Assembly (NCBI GenBank): GCA_024639145.1
Contig: JAHEIZ010000014.1
Location: 4,543 to 68,542 of the forward strand
Length of the DNA: 64,000 nt
Direction: 5' to 3'
DNA from: Actinomycetes bacterium
GTDB lineage: Bacteria > Actinomycetota > Actinomycetes > S36-B12
Positions 8,693-17,697 of the stretch are shown here, piece by piece. Position 1 is the first letter of the stretch. Each line of letters begins with the position of its first letter. The notes under the pieces are model-generated. The model worked only from the letters and a program-made list of their open reading frames with translations, was not told the origin of the DNA and ran no database searches. A program made the position numbers and the translations under genes.

Positions 8693-11401
8693 CTACTTCG
8701 CCGAAGCCGCGGTCTTCTTGGCGGCCTTCTTCGCAGCCGTTTTCTTGGTGGCCTTCACGACGCGTGCCGTGGTCTTGGCAGGCGCCTTCTTGGCCGTCTT
8801 CTTCACGGCACGCTTGGCCGTCTTCTTCACCGGCTTGCCTTCGAGCGCTTCCTTGGAACGACGTTCGGACAGCAGGTCGCTCGCTCGCTCGACGCTGACA
8901 GTCATGGGGTCATCAGCTACGCGCAGCGAGGCATTGGTCTCGCCGTCGGTGACGTACGGGCCGAAGCGGCCTTCCTTCACCACGATCGGCTTGCCACTCG
9001 TCGGATCATTGCCGACCTCGCGCAGCGGTGCCTTGGCCGCGCCGCGACCGCGCACCTTCGGCTGAGCAAACAGCTCGAGAGCCTTGGCAAGATCAACGGT
9101 GAAAATCTCGTCCTCACTGGTGAGCGAACGCGAGTCGGTGCCCTTCATCAGGTACGGGCCGTAACGGCCGTTCTGCGAGGTGATCTCGACGCCATCAGCG
9201 GGGTCGGTGCCGACCACGCGCGGAAGGCTGAGCAGGCGCAGTGCGTCGTCGAGGGTGATCTCACCAAGGTTCATGTCACTGAACAGTGATGCGGTGCGCG
9301 GCTTTGCTGACTTCGGAGATCCCTCGGGCAGCACCTCAGTGACATACGGGCCGTAGCGACCTGACTTCGACATGATCTCCAGGCCGGTGTCGGGGTCGAC
9401 GCCGAGAAGGCGATCTCCCGATGGCATGGCAAGAAGTTCCTCGGCCAGCTCAGCTGTGAGCTCATCGGGCGCAGTTCCGACGGGGATATTCGCCCGCTCC
9501 TCGCCGCGTTCGACGTAGGCGCCGTAGCGTCCGACGCGAAGGTACGCATCGGTGCCCTCGATCGGCGTGATCGCAATCTCTCGCGCATCAATTGCTCCGA
9601 GATCCTCGGTCAGTGCCTTGATGCCCGGGAACTGGCCGTTGACGCTCTCGCCGCCGCGCCAGAAGGCTTCGAGCTGCTTGACGCGATCAGTCTCGCCGGC
9701 AGCGATGAGGTCGAGTACTTCTTCCATGTTTGCCGTGAACTGGTAGTCGATGAGCGAGGTGAAGTGCTCCTCGAGTAGTCGGATCACCGAGAACGCTGTG
9801 AAGCTGGGAACGAGCGCCGAGCCCTTCTTCCAGACGTATCCACGATCGACAATGGTCGACATGATCGATGCGTAGGTCGATGGGCGACCGATGCCGAGCT
9901 CTTCGAGACGGGCAACCAGCGAAGCCTCAGTAAATCGCGCCGGCGGAGTCGTGTTGTGGCTCGCGGGGTTGAGCGAGTTGGCGTGCACGAGCTGGCCCTC
10001 GGCCATATTCGGCAGCTCGCGCTCGCGCTCGTCGTCGTCGAGGCTCTCCTCGGTGATGTCCTTGAGTGCCGCAAGGAAACCGGGGAACACGATGACAGTG
10101 CCCGAGGCGCTGAACTCGGCGTCCTTGCCATTCGTGGCGACGGCGCCGACCTTGACGGTCGTAGTGGCAATCTTCGCGTCGACCATCTGCGAGGCGACCG
10201 TGCGCTTCCAGATCAGCTCGTAGAGGGCGAACTCGTCACCGTGGAGTTCCTTGGAGACCTCACCGGGTGTGCGGAAGACATCACCGGACGGGCGAATGGC
10301 CTCATGTGCCTCCTGCGCGTTCTTGACCTTGCGGTCGTAACGGCGCGGAACCTCGGAGACGTACTCGGGGCCGTACAGTTCGCGCGCCTGATTGCGTGCG
10401 GCATTGAGAGCTTGATCCGACAGCGTGGTGGAGTCGGTACGCATGTAGGTGATGTAGCCGTTCTCGTACAGCGACTGCGCCACGCGCATGGTGCGCTGCG
10501 AGCCCCAGCGCAGGCGTTTGGAGGCCTCCTGCTGCAGTGTCGAGGTCATGAACGGCGCCGACGGGCGGCGAGTGCCGGGCTTCTGCACGACCGAGCGCAC
10601 CGTGAAGTCGGAGCCGATCAAGTGATTGGCGAGCTCATTGGCCGTGCGCTCATCAAGAAGTACGACGCTGCCACCTTTGAGCACGCCCTGCTCGTCGAAG
10701 TCCTTGCCAGTCGCGACGCGAACGCCGTCGACTGAGCTCAACTTCGCATCGAAGTTGCCCGGGGCGAACTCGGCGAGGATGTCCCAGTAGTTGCCGCTGC
10801 GGAATGCGATGCGCTCGCGTTCACGATCAACGACGAGGCGCACCGCGACCGACTGCACGCGGCCTGCCGAGCGAGCCTCGCGACCGATCTTCTTCCAGAG
10901 CACCTCGGAGACCGGGTAGCCGTAGAGACGGTCGACGATACGGCGAGTCTCCTGCGCGTCGACGAGCTGCATGTCGAGATCACGCGGGTTGTTGACCGCG
11001 GCCCGGATGGCCTCCGGGGTGATCTCGTTGAACACCATGCGCTGGACGGGAACCTTCGGGCGCAGCACCTCCATGAGGTGCCAGCTGATGGCCTCGCCCT
11101 CGCGGTCCTCGTCAGTGGCGAGAAGAAGTTCATCGGCGTCCTTGAGAGCCTTCTTGAGTTCGGTGATGGTCGCCTTCTTGGAGTCATGGACGACGTAGAT
11201 GGGCTGGAACTCATCATCGACATTCACGGCCAGCTTCGACCACGGCTTCTTGCGATCGGCTTCGGGAAGCTGGGAGGCCTTGGCGGCGAGGTCGCGGATA
11301 TGGCCGACCGAGGCCAGGACCGTGTAGTCGGGGCCGAGGTAGCCCGCGATCTTCTTGGCCTTGGCCGGTGACTCGACGATCACCAGGGTCTTGTGCGCCA
11401 C
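8693..11401 (-). CDS. topA: DNA topoisomerase I
   Basis: Toprim N-terminus (LVIVESPAKAKKI), a catalytic Tyr region (YITYMRTDS), and four C-terminal GR(Y/F)G(P/A)Y repeats in place of Zn fingers. It ends in a Lys/Ala-rich basic tail, as is usual in actinobacterial TopA. Confidence 0.96.
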   Translation of the reverse strand: MAHKTLVIVESPAKAKKIAGYLGPDYTVLASVGHIRDLAAKASQLPEADRKKPWSKLAVNVDDEFQPIYVVHDSKKATITELKKALKDADELLLATDEDREGEAISWHLMEVLRPKVPVQRMVFNEITPEAIRAAVNNPRDLDMQLVDAQETRRIVDRLYGYPVSEVLWKKIGREARSAGRVQSVAVRLVVDRERERIAFRSGNYWDILAEFAPGNFDAKLSSVDGVRVATGKDFDEQGVLKGGSVVLLDERTANELANHLIGSDFTVRSVVQKPGTRRPSAPFMTSTLQQEASKRLRWGSQRTMRVAQSLYENGYITYMRTDSTTLSDQALNAARNQARELYGPEYVSEVPRRYDRKVKNAQEAHEAIRPSGDVFRTPGEVSKELHGDEFALYELIWKRTVASQMVDAKIATTTVKVGAVATNGKDAEFSASGTVIVFPGFLAALKDITEESLDDDERERELPNMAEGQLVHANSLNPASHNTTPPARFTEASLVARLEELGIGRPSTYASIMSTIVDRGYVWKKGSALVPSFTAFSVIRLLEEHFTSLIDYQFTANMEEVLDLIAAGETDRVKQLEAFWRGGESVNGQFPGIKALTEDLGAIDAREIAITPIEGTDAYLRVGRYGAYVERGEERANIPVGTAPDELTAELAEELLAMPSGDRLLGVDPDTGLEIMSKSGRYGPYVTEVLPEGSPKSAKPRTASLFSDMNLGEITLDDALRLLSLPRVVGTDPADGVEITSQNGRYGPYLMKGTDSRSLTSEDEIFTVDLAKALELFAQPKVRGRGAAKAPLREVGNDPTSGKPIVVKEGRFGPYVTDGETNASLRVADDPMTVSVERASDLLSERRSKEALEGKPVKKTAKRAVKKTAKKAPAKTTARVVKATKKTAAKKAAKKTAASAK

Positions 11402-11523
11402 GAAAGCCTCTCCTTTATATGCAGCCGGGATTACTCGGCGGAGTCTGACGGTAGGTCAGGCCCCCCTGTCAAATTCGGGCACCCCCGGAATTAGCGGATT
11501 TTGCCCTTCCCCTACGGGGAAAG

Positions 11524-11565
11524 CAGTTCGCCCCGTGTCCGATTATCGGAGCACGGGGCGAACTG
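11524..11565 (-). terminator. hairpin terminator downstream of hppA
   Basis: CAGTTCGCCCCGTG ... CACGGGGCGAACTG forms a 14-bp perfect stem, 11 nt after the hppA stop. There is no clear U-tract. Confidence 0.6.
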
Positions 11566-11575
11566 ACGAACGGAC

Positions 11576-13906
11576 CTACTGGGCGTTGATGACCTCCGGA
11601 TCGCCCACGGCGATCGGACGACGCTTCGAGATCACCACGGCGGTGACCACGATGATCACGGCCACGAGGGCAATGATCCAACGCAGCGGAGCATTCTCAT
11701 CAGCGCCGATGCTCATGGCCACGACAGCCGGTGCGATCAGCAGCGCGACCAGGTTCATCACCTTGATCAGCGGGTTGATCGCCGGGCCTGCGGTGTCCTT
11801 GAACGGATCGCCCACGGTGTCGCCGATGACGGTGGCTGCATGGGCCTCAGAGCCCTTGCCGCCGAAGTGACCGTCTTCCACGAACTTCTTCGCGTTGTCC
11901 CATGCTCCGCCCGAGTTCGACAGGAACACGGCCATGAGCACGCCCGTGGCGATGGTGCCCGCGAGGTACGCGCCCAGTGCGCCGACGCCGAGGCCGAAGC
12001 CGACAGCGATCGGTGCGAACACCGCGAGGATGCCCGGGGTGACGAGCTCACGAAGCGAGTCGCGCGTGACGATGTCGACAACCTTGCCGTACTCGGGCTT
12101 CTCGGTGCCGAGCATGATGCCCGGGTGCTCGCGGAACTGGCGACGCACCTCGAAGATCACGGCGCCGGCAGCGCGGGACACCGCGTTGATGGCAAGACCC
12201 GAGAACAGGAACACGACTGCGGCACCGATGATCAAGCCGACCAGGTTCGCCGGGGAGGCGACGTCGAGGATGCCTGCGTACTGCCACGGATCCTTGACGG
12301 TGTTCAGGATGTCGTTGGCGCCCGATGACTGAGTGGCGCCGATGATCGCATCGCGGAATGCACCGAACAGCGCGGTCGCGGCCAGCACTGCCGTCGCGAT
12401 CGCGATGCCCTTGGTGATTGCCTTGGTCGAGTTGCCGACGGCATCGAGGCGGGTGAGCACTGCTGCGCCCTCGCCGTGAACGTCGCCCGACATCTCGGCG
12501 ATGCCCTGGGCGTTGTCGGAGACCGGGCCGAAGGTATCCATCGACACGATGACGCCGACCGTGGTCAGCAGGCCGGTGCCGGCGAGTGCAATCGCGAAGA
12601 GCGAGAGCAGCACGGAGCCGCCGCCGACCAGGAATGCGCCGTACACCGCAGCACCGATGAGCAGCGCGGAGTAAACAGCCGACTCGAGGCCGAGCGAGAT
12701 GCCCGAGAGGATGACCGTGGCCGGGCCGGTGAGCGAGGTCTTGGCGACATCGTCAACGGGGCGACGGTTGGTCTCGGTGAAGTACGCGGTCAGCTGCTGG
12801 ATCAGTGCGGCAAGCAGGATGCCGATGATGACAGCGAAGATCACGAACATGCGCGGGCCGATGGTGTCGCCCGAAGAGACAGCATCGATGCCGCCGATGG
12901 AGGCGATTTCGTCCCAGCTCGCGGGAACCCACGTGAACACTGCTGCGATCACGAGCACTGCGGAAATCACTGCCGACAGGAAGAAGCCGCGGTTGATCGA
13001 CGACATTCCCGAACGGTCGGTGGCACGCGGCGAGACCGCGAAGATGCCGATGACTGCCGTGATGACGCCGATGGCGGGGATGATCAGCGGGAGCACGAGA
13101 CCGAGCTCGCCGAATGCAGCCTTGCCCAGAATGAGCGCAGCCACCAACGTGACGGCGTACGACTCGAAGAGGTCGGCTGCCATGCCGGCGCAGTCACCGA
13201 CGTTGTCACCGACGTTGTCGGCGATGGTCGCTGCGTTGCGGGGGTCATCCTCGGGAATGCCCTGCTCGACCTTGCCGACGAGGTCGGCGCCGACGTCAGC
13301 GGCCTTGGTGAAAATGCCGCCGCCGACGCGCATGAACATGGCGAGCAGTGCGGCACCGAAGCCGAAGCCCTCGAGAACCTTGGGTGCATCGCCCTTGTAG
13401 ACGAGCACGACGAGTGCGGCACCGAAGAGGCCGAGGCCGACGGTGAACATGCCGGCCACGCCACCGGTGCGGAAGGCGATCTTCATGGCCTTCTGCTCGC
13501 CGGAATCCTTGGCAGCGGCGGCCACGCGGACGTTGCCGCGCACGGCGAGCCACATGCCCATGTAGCCGGTGATGCCGGAGAACACCGCGCCCACCAGGAA
13601 GAAGATGCTGCGACCGACGCGCTCGCCCGTGGTCTCTGCAGGAAGCAGGAACAGGACGAAGAACACGACGACGGCGAAGACCGCGAGGGTCTTGAACTGT
13701 CGATTGAGGTACGCCGAGGCGCCCTCCTGGACGGCTGCTGCGATCTCCTTCATCTTGTCGGTGCCTTCATCGGCCGCGAGAACTTCGCGCACGAGGATGG
13801 CAGCGACGACGAGGGCAGCGAGCGCGATGACGGCAACAATGACGACGAGCGTCAGGTTGCTTCCGGTCAACTCGATCATGGGACTCCTCATTGTGGGCAC
13901 GGTCAC
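11576..13906 (-). CDS. hppA: membrane-bound H+-translocating pyrophosphatase
   Basis: 776 aa and polytopic, with H+-PPase signatures GGIFTKAADVGADLVGKVE, DNVGDNVGDCAGMAADLFESY and GDTVGDPFKDT. Confidence 0.95.
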   Translation of the reverse strand: MTVPTMRSPMIELTGSNLTLVVIVAVIALAALVVAAILVREVLAADEGTDKMKEIAAAVQEGASAYLNRQFKTLAVFAVVVFFVLFLLPAETTGERVGRSIFFLVGAVFSGITGYMGMWLAVRGNVRVAAAAKDSGEQKAMKIAFRTGGVAGMFTVGLGLFGAALVVLVYKGDAPKVLEGFGFGAALLAMFMRVGGGIFTKAADVGADLVGKVEQGIPEDDPRNAATIADNVGDNVGDCAGMAADLFESYAVTLVAALILGKAAFGELGLVLPLIIPAIGVITAVIGIFAVSPRATDRSGMSSINRGFFLSAVISAVLVIAAVFTWVPASWDEIASIGGIDAVSSGDTIGPRMFVIFAVIIGILLAALIQQLTAYFTETNRRPVDDVAKTSLTGPATVILSGISLGLESAVYSALLIGAAVYGAFLVGGGSVLLSLFAIALAGTGLLTTVGVIVSMDTFGPVSDNAQGIAEMSGDVHGEGAAVLTRLDAVGNSTKAITKGIAIATAVLAATALFGAFRDAIIGATQSSGANDILNTVKDPWQYAGILDVASPANLVGLIIGAAVVFLFSGLAINAVSRAAGAVIFEVRRQFREHPGIMLGTEKPEYGKVVDIVTRDSLRELVTPGILAVFAPIAVGFGLGVGALGAYLAGTIATGVLMAVFLSNSGGAWDNAKKFVEDGHFGGKGSEAHAATVIGDTVGDPFKDTAGPAINPLIKVMNLVALLIAPAVVAMSIGADENAPLRWIIALVAVIIVVTAVVISKRRPIAVGDPEVINAQ

Positions 13907-13960
13907 ATTTGGGCCGCGACGCGTGGGAGTCTACGCACGCTCCCTATGAGGGATACGGGA

Positions 13961-13988
13961 CCTCAATGAGATGTACGTCTCATTGAGG
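13961..13988. promoter_or_regulatory. 28-nt near-perfect palindrome (terminator of the STAS gene and/or operator upstream of hppA)
   Basis: CCTCAATGAGA-TGTACG-TCTCATTGAGG has 11-bp arms. It is relatively AT-rich and lies between the STAS stop (14018) and the hppA start (13906). Confidence 0.4.
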
Positions 13989-14017
13989 TGACGATTGGAT
14001 AACGCCCCGTTCAGGCG

Positions 14018-14347
14018 TCAGGCGCCCAGTGCCTCGGCGAGGGTCGGGTGCAGGGAAAGGGCCGAATCGAGGCCGGTCAGGGTGAAGACCTTGACCACGC
14101 GCGGTGCACTGGCCACCACGGCCAAGGTTGCCTGGCGCTCACGCGCATCAGCCAGGGCATTGACGAACACGCTCAGGCCCGTGGAGTCGAGGAAGCTCAC
14201 ACCGGTGAGATCGACAACGATGCGCCCGCTGGAGTCGAGCGCCGCGAGCGCGGCCTGCAGGCTTGGCGCCGTGTGCACGTCGAGCTCGCCACCGACGGTG
14301 ACAACGGTCGCCGAGGGCTCCTCATGAACATCGATGGTCAGATCCAC
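14018..14347 (-). CDS. STAS-domain anti-sigma-factor antagonist
   Basis: 109 aa with the SpoIIAA-like pattern (GELDVHTAP...VDLTGVSFLDSTGLSV), including the conserved phosphorylatable Ser context DSTG. Confidence 0.85.
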   Translation of the reverse strand: MDLTIDVHEEPSATVVTVGGELDVHTAPSLQAALAALDSSGRIVVDLTGVSFLDSTGLSVFVNALADARERQATLAVVASAPRVVKVFTLTGLDSALSLHPTLAEALGA

Positions 14348-14381
14348 GGGCCAACTGTGGCATACGTGTGGGCGTCAGCAA

Positions 14382-14783
14382 CTAGATGAGCGCAATTCCC
14401 GCTGCTGCTGCCGCTTTCCCCAGCTTTGCGTCCACAGTGGCGAGCGGGAGGTTCGTCTGCATGGCCACCCAGGCATAACTCGCGTCGTAAACACTGAGAT
14501 CGAGACGGTTGGCGATAGCGAGGACTTGTGGGCGATCAATCGACTGACGATGTGTCTCAATACGAAGGCCGGAAAGCCCTTGAAGTGCATTGGTGATCGC
14601 CGCTTCAGTTATGCGTCCGCGTCTTTCCGCGGAACGGAGGCCGTTCAGCACCTCGTACTCCCAGAGAGCAGGCACCACCGCGCCGTCCGCGGCAATTCTC
14701 GAGAGCGCTCGCTCCGATTCCGAGGTGAACTCATCGGCCAGGACGAAACTCAGAGCCATCGACGCATCGAGAACGCACTTCAC
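14382..14783 (-). CDS. vapC: PIN-domain toxin VapC
   Basis: 133 aa. It has an N-terminal acidic residue (LDASMAL), a central E and a C-terminal D (YDASY) typical of PIN nucleases. It overlaps the upstream antitoxin gene by 4 nt. Confidence 0.85.
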   Translation of the reverse strand: MKCVLDASMALSFVLADEFTSESERALSRIAADGAVVPALWEYEVLNGLRSAERRGRITEAAITNALQGLSGLRIETHRQSIDRPQVLAIANRLDLSVYDASYAWVAMQTNLPLATVDAKLGKAAAAAGIALI

Positions 14784-15022
14784 GGCCGCCGACCCTCGTC
14801 GATGAGTTCACGAAGTGAGCCCGCGCCCGCCTTCGAGGACTCTCGTGCAGCCAGAAGAAGCGCCAGCGAACGCTCTACCTCGGATGACTCGTTGATCGGA
14901 ACGAGTCGCGCTACCGCCTTGCCGCGACGGGTGATGAGGATGTCGTCACCGCCATTGGCTACTTGCTCCACGAGCTCGGACAGCCTGGTCTTGGCGTCAA
15001 AAAGACCCACAGTCATGCTCAT
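14780..15022 (-). CDS. vapB: Phd/YefM-fold antitoxin partner of VapC
   Basis: 80 aa. The N-terminus (FDAKTRLSELVEQVANGGDDILITRRGKAVARLVP) is the prevent-host-death antitoxin fold. Confidence 0.82.
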   Translation of the reverse strand: MSMTVGLFDAKTRLSELVEQVANGGDDILITRRGKAVARLVPINESSEVERSLALLLAARESSKAGAGSLRELIDEGRRP

Positions 15023-15030
15023 GGGAACAG

Positions 15031-15049
15031 ACTAGTTTATTGATCTAGT
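15031..15049. promoter_or_regulatory. inverted repeat, candidate VapB operator
   Basis: ACTAG-N9-CTAGT lies 9 nt upstream of the vapB start, in an AT-rich patch of the 76-bp intergenic region. Confidence 0.35.
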
Positions 15050-15098
15050 TTTTTCAAGGCTCTCTCGCTGCTCAGAGAGCCGCCGAGACGCCCAATGA

Positions 15099-16337
15099 TC
15101 AGACCAGCGAGATCCGAATGTCCTCGGTGCCGCGAGCTGGCTCGAGCATCGACCAGGGCAGGCGGAACACCCGCCCTGGGGAGACCGGCCACGGCAGGGT
15201 GCGACGCGAGAGCACGCGAGCGCCCTGACGCACCACGATCTTGGGGAATGCGCGGTACTCCGAGGACCAGAGCAAGACTCGATCGCGGGCCGGGGCGACA
15301 TCGCCCGTGCGCACCAGACCCGGACTGACCCAGGTGAACGGGGCATCGGCCACGACACGTGCCGCGGTCCCCGGTGCCGGCTCTCCCGCGAGCCAGCGCA
15401 TCAACGCTCGAGCGGCATGCACCCCATCAAGTGAGGCAACATCGGCAGTATCGACCGGGTGAAGCAGATTTCCGGCGGCGAAGATGCCCTCGCGACTCGT
15501 GCGCAGCCCAGTGTCGACGATCGGGCCACGCGAACCAGGATCCATCTCGAGGCCATTGCTCTGAGCGAGTTCGTAATCAGGAATCCAGTCGCCGGTGAAG
15601 ATCACCGTGTCGCATTCGACGATGCGACGTCGGCCCGTAGTGATCTGCTCGATCTCGACGCCTTCGACACGTTCGCGTCCGATGACGCGAATGACACGGG
15701 TGCGGCGCGCAATGGGCACGCGCAGGGCGAGTCGGCCCGGGATCGCCATCGCCGCATAAGACTCGGGCTGATCGAACTGTGTCGTCATCGCGACAGTCGC
15801 GCAGCCGACCTCACGCAGTGTAAGAACAGCCGACCAACTCACGAGTTCCGCCCCGACGACCACTGCGCGCGTGCCCACCGCTTGGTGCTTCAGGTGAACG
15901 AGATTCTGCAACTGACCAGTGGTCATCACACCAGTGGGACGATCGCCGGGAATTCGACGAGCAGCTCGCGGCCGCTCCCGGGCGCCGGTTGCCAGGATGA
16001 TCGCGTCGGGAGTGATGACCTCGCGACCTCGCGCCGATGTGATCTCGGCACTCATGGGCCCACTCCAGCCGGTGACCATCGCACCCGTGCGAATCACGAC
16101 TCCACTCGACTGGGCACGCTCGACAAGCGTGCGCGCGTAGGAAGGGCCGCTCATCACGCGCTTGAGATCTCGAAGGCCATAGCCGGTGTGATCGCTGTGT
16201 CGCGGAATTCCACCGGCGTCGCTCTCACGCTCGATGATCGTGACGCTCTCGGCACCCTCAGCCTTGAGCTCACGTGCTGCGCTCAGGCCTGCGGGACCAC
16301 CGCCGATGATCAGGATCTCACTCACGATCATCACCAC
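15099..16337 (-). CDS. NAD(P)/FAD-dependent oxidoreductase (pyridine nucleotide-disulfide oxidoreductase-like)
   Basis: Has the dinucleotide motif IIGGGPAGLSAA, a second Rossmann region (AVVVGAELVSW), and GIFAAGN near the C-terminus. Its start overlaps the preceding flavoprotein gene. Confidence 0.8.
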   Translation of the reverse strand: MVMIVSEILIIGGGPAGLSAARELKAEGAESVTIIERESDAGGIPRHSDHTGYGLRDLKRVMSGPSYARTLVERAQSSGVVIRTGAMVTGWSGPMSAEITSARGREVITPDAIILATGARERPRAARRIPGDRPTGVMTTGQLQNLVHLKHQAVGTRAVVVGAELVSWSAVLTLREVGCATVAMTTQFDQPESYAAMAIPGRLALRVPIARRTRVIRVIGRERVEGVEIEQITTGRRRIVECDTVIFTGDWIPDYELAQSNGLEMDPGSRGPIVDTGLRTSREGIFAAGNLLHPVDTADVASLDGVHAARALMRWLAGEPAPGTAARVVADAPFTWVSPGLVRTGDVAPARDRVLLWSSEYRAFPKIVVRQGARVLSRRTLPWPVSPGRVFRLPWSMLEPARGTEDIRISLV

Positions 16338-17697
16338 CGACTCGCATCATCTCGTCGATCTCGGCAGCGCAGAAGAATCCCTGGCAGCGACCCATCAGTG
16401 CACGCGTGCGACGACGCAGCCCATCGAGATCGCACGGCGGAATGGGGGATGCGAGCGCATCGCGAATTTCGCCCCGGCTCACGCGCTCGCAGAAGCAGAC
16501 GATCTGGCCAAACTCAGGATCGCTCGCGATGAGATCAGCACGCTGGTACGGGCGCGGAAATGCTTCGCCGATATTGGGCATCTGCGGTGGCGGCGGCAGA
16601 TCAGTGCGAGCCGTGAGATCCATTCCCGCTTCAGCAAGAAGCTCACGTGAATGCTCCCCCAGGGCCATCGATGCCGTGAGGCCGGTGGAGCGAATGCCGC
16701 CGAGCAGGAGGTAACGCTGCTTCGCGTCGATATCGACGACGAAGTCACTGTGCTCAGTCGATGCGCGAAGGCCCGCATAGCTCGCGGTGACTTCCTGATC
16801 GATCAGCGTCGGCATCAGCGCCGCGCCCTTCTCGAGAAGGAAGGCGAAGCCTTCCTCGGAGGTAGACGTGTCGGTGCGATCGACGAGATTCTCCGAGGTC
16901 GGGCCCAGCATCACGTTGCCGAAAATGGTCGGGCTGATGAGCACGCCCTTGCCCTTTTCGGTCGGCACAGGAAGGACGATGGTGTTCGCCATCGGCCGTG
17001 TCAGCTTGTCGACGACGAAGAGTTCGCCTCGCCTGGGCACGATGGTGAAGCGGTCATAGCCGAGCATCCGATCAATGACATCGCCACCAAGCCCTGCGGC
17101 GTTGATGACCCATCGAGCCGTGATGTCACCTGACCTCGTATGCAGCGTCGTGGTGTCGGGACCGACATCAATCGACTCAACGAAGCAATTCAGGCGAAAT
17201 TCGACGCCGCGCGACTTGGCCTCCGTGGCGTAGGCCAGCGGAGTTGTCCATGGGCAGATGATCGACTCGTCAGGCACGGTCAGGCCGCCGAGCGCACCCG
17301 GGCCGAGAGCAGGCACGCGGCGATAGACCTCGTCAGCATCGACGATCTCGCACTTCGAATAGCCGTTCTTCTCCGCCTTGTCCCGCAACTTCGGGAGCGC
17401 GGCCAACTGATCAGGGTCCCAGGCAACCAGCAGGGCGCCGGTGCGCTCAACAGGAATGCCCGTTGCCTTCGCGTACTCCGAGAGCAGTTCATATCCGCGA
17501 GCAACCATGGTCGACTCCAGAGACCCAGGCACTGCATCGAACCCGGTGTGCAGAATCGCGGTGTTCGCCTTGCTGGTCGCATCACCGACATCGCCGCGTG
17601 CCTCAATCAGGACGATACGAAGATCAAAACCTGCAAGCTCTCGCGCAACAGCGCATCCGACAACTCCGCCGCCGATGATCGCGACGTCGTAGGTCAT
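16318..17697 (-). CDS. FAD-dependent dehydrogenase, GlpA/GlpD-like, with C-terminal BFD-type [2Fe-2S] Cys motif
   Basis: Has the DAO-type N-terminus (YDVAIIGGGVVGCAVA) and a C-terminal CFCERV...GRCQGFFC motif. The likely ATG at 17697 forms an ATGA overlap with the kinase stop. The track start at 17742 is 15 codons longer. Confidence 0.8.
   Translation of the reverse strand: MTYDVAIIGGGVVGCAVARELAGFDLRIVLIEARGDVGDATSKANTAILHTGFDAVPGSLESTMVARGYELLSEYAKATGIPVERTGALLVAWDPDQLAALPKLRDKAEKNGYSKCEIVDADEVYRRVPALGPGALGGLTVPDESIICPWTTPLAYATEAKSRGVEFRLNCFVESIDVGPDTTTLHTRSGDITARWVINAAGLGGDVIDRMLGYDRFTIVPRRGELFVVDKLTRPMANTIVLPVPTEKGKGVLISPTIFGNVMLGPTSENLVDRTDTSTSEEGFAFLLEKGAALMPTLIDQEVTASYAGLRASTEHSDFVVDIDAKQRYLLLGGIRSTGLTASMALGEHSRELLAEAGMDLTARTDLPPPPQMPNIGEAFPRPYQRADLIASDPEFGQIVCFCERVSRGEIRDALASPIPPCDLDGLRRRTRALMGRCQGFFCAAEIDEMMRVGGDDRE

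Noticed and set aside
8693-8830. The Lys/Ala-rich C-terminal tail of TopA as a separate histone-like gene or a fusion artefact
   Set aside because: The tail is in-frame and continuous with the last GRFGPY repeat. Basic tails replacing Zn fingers are a known feature of actinobacterial topoisomerase I.
12476-13969. 497-aa plus-strand ORF antisense to hppA
   Set aside because: It lies entirely within the pyrophosphatase gene on the opposite strand. The translation is a low-complexity D/E/R/G/H-rich sequence. The hppA frame carries unmistakable family signatures.
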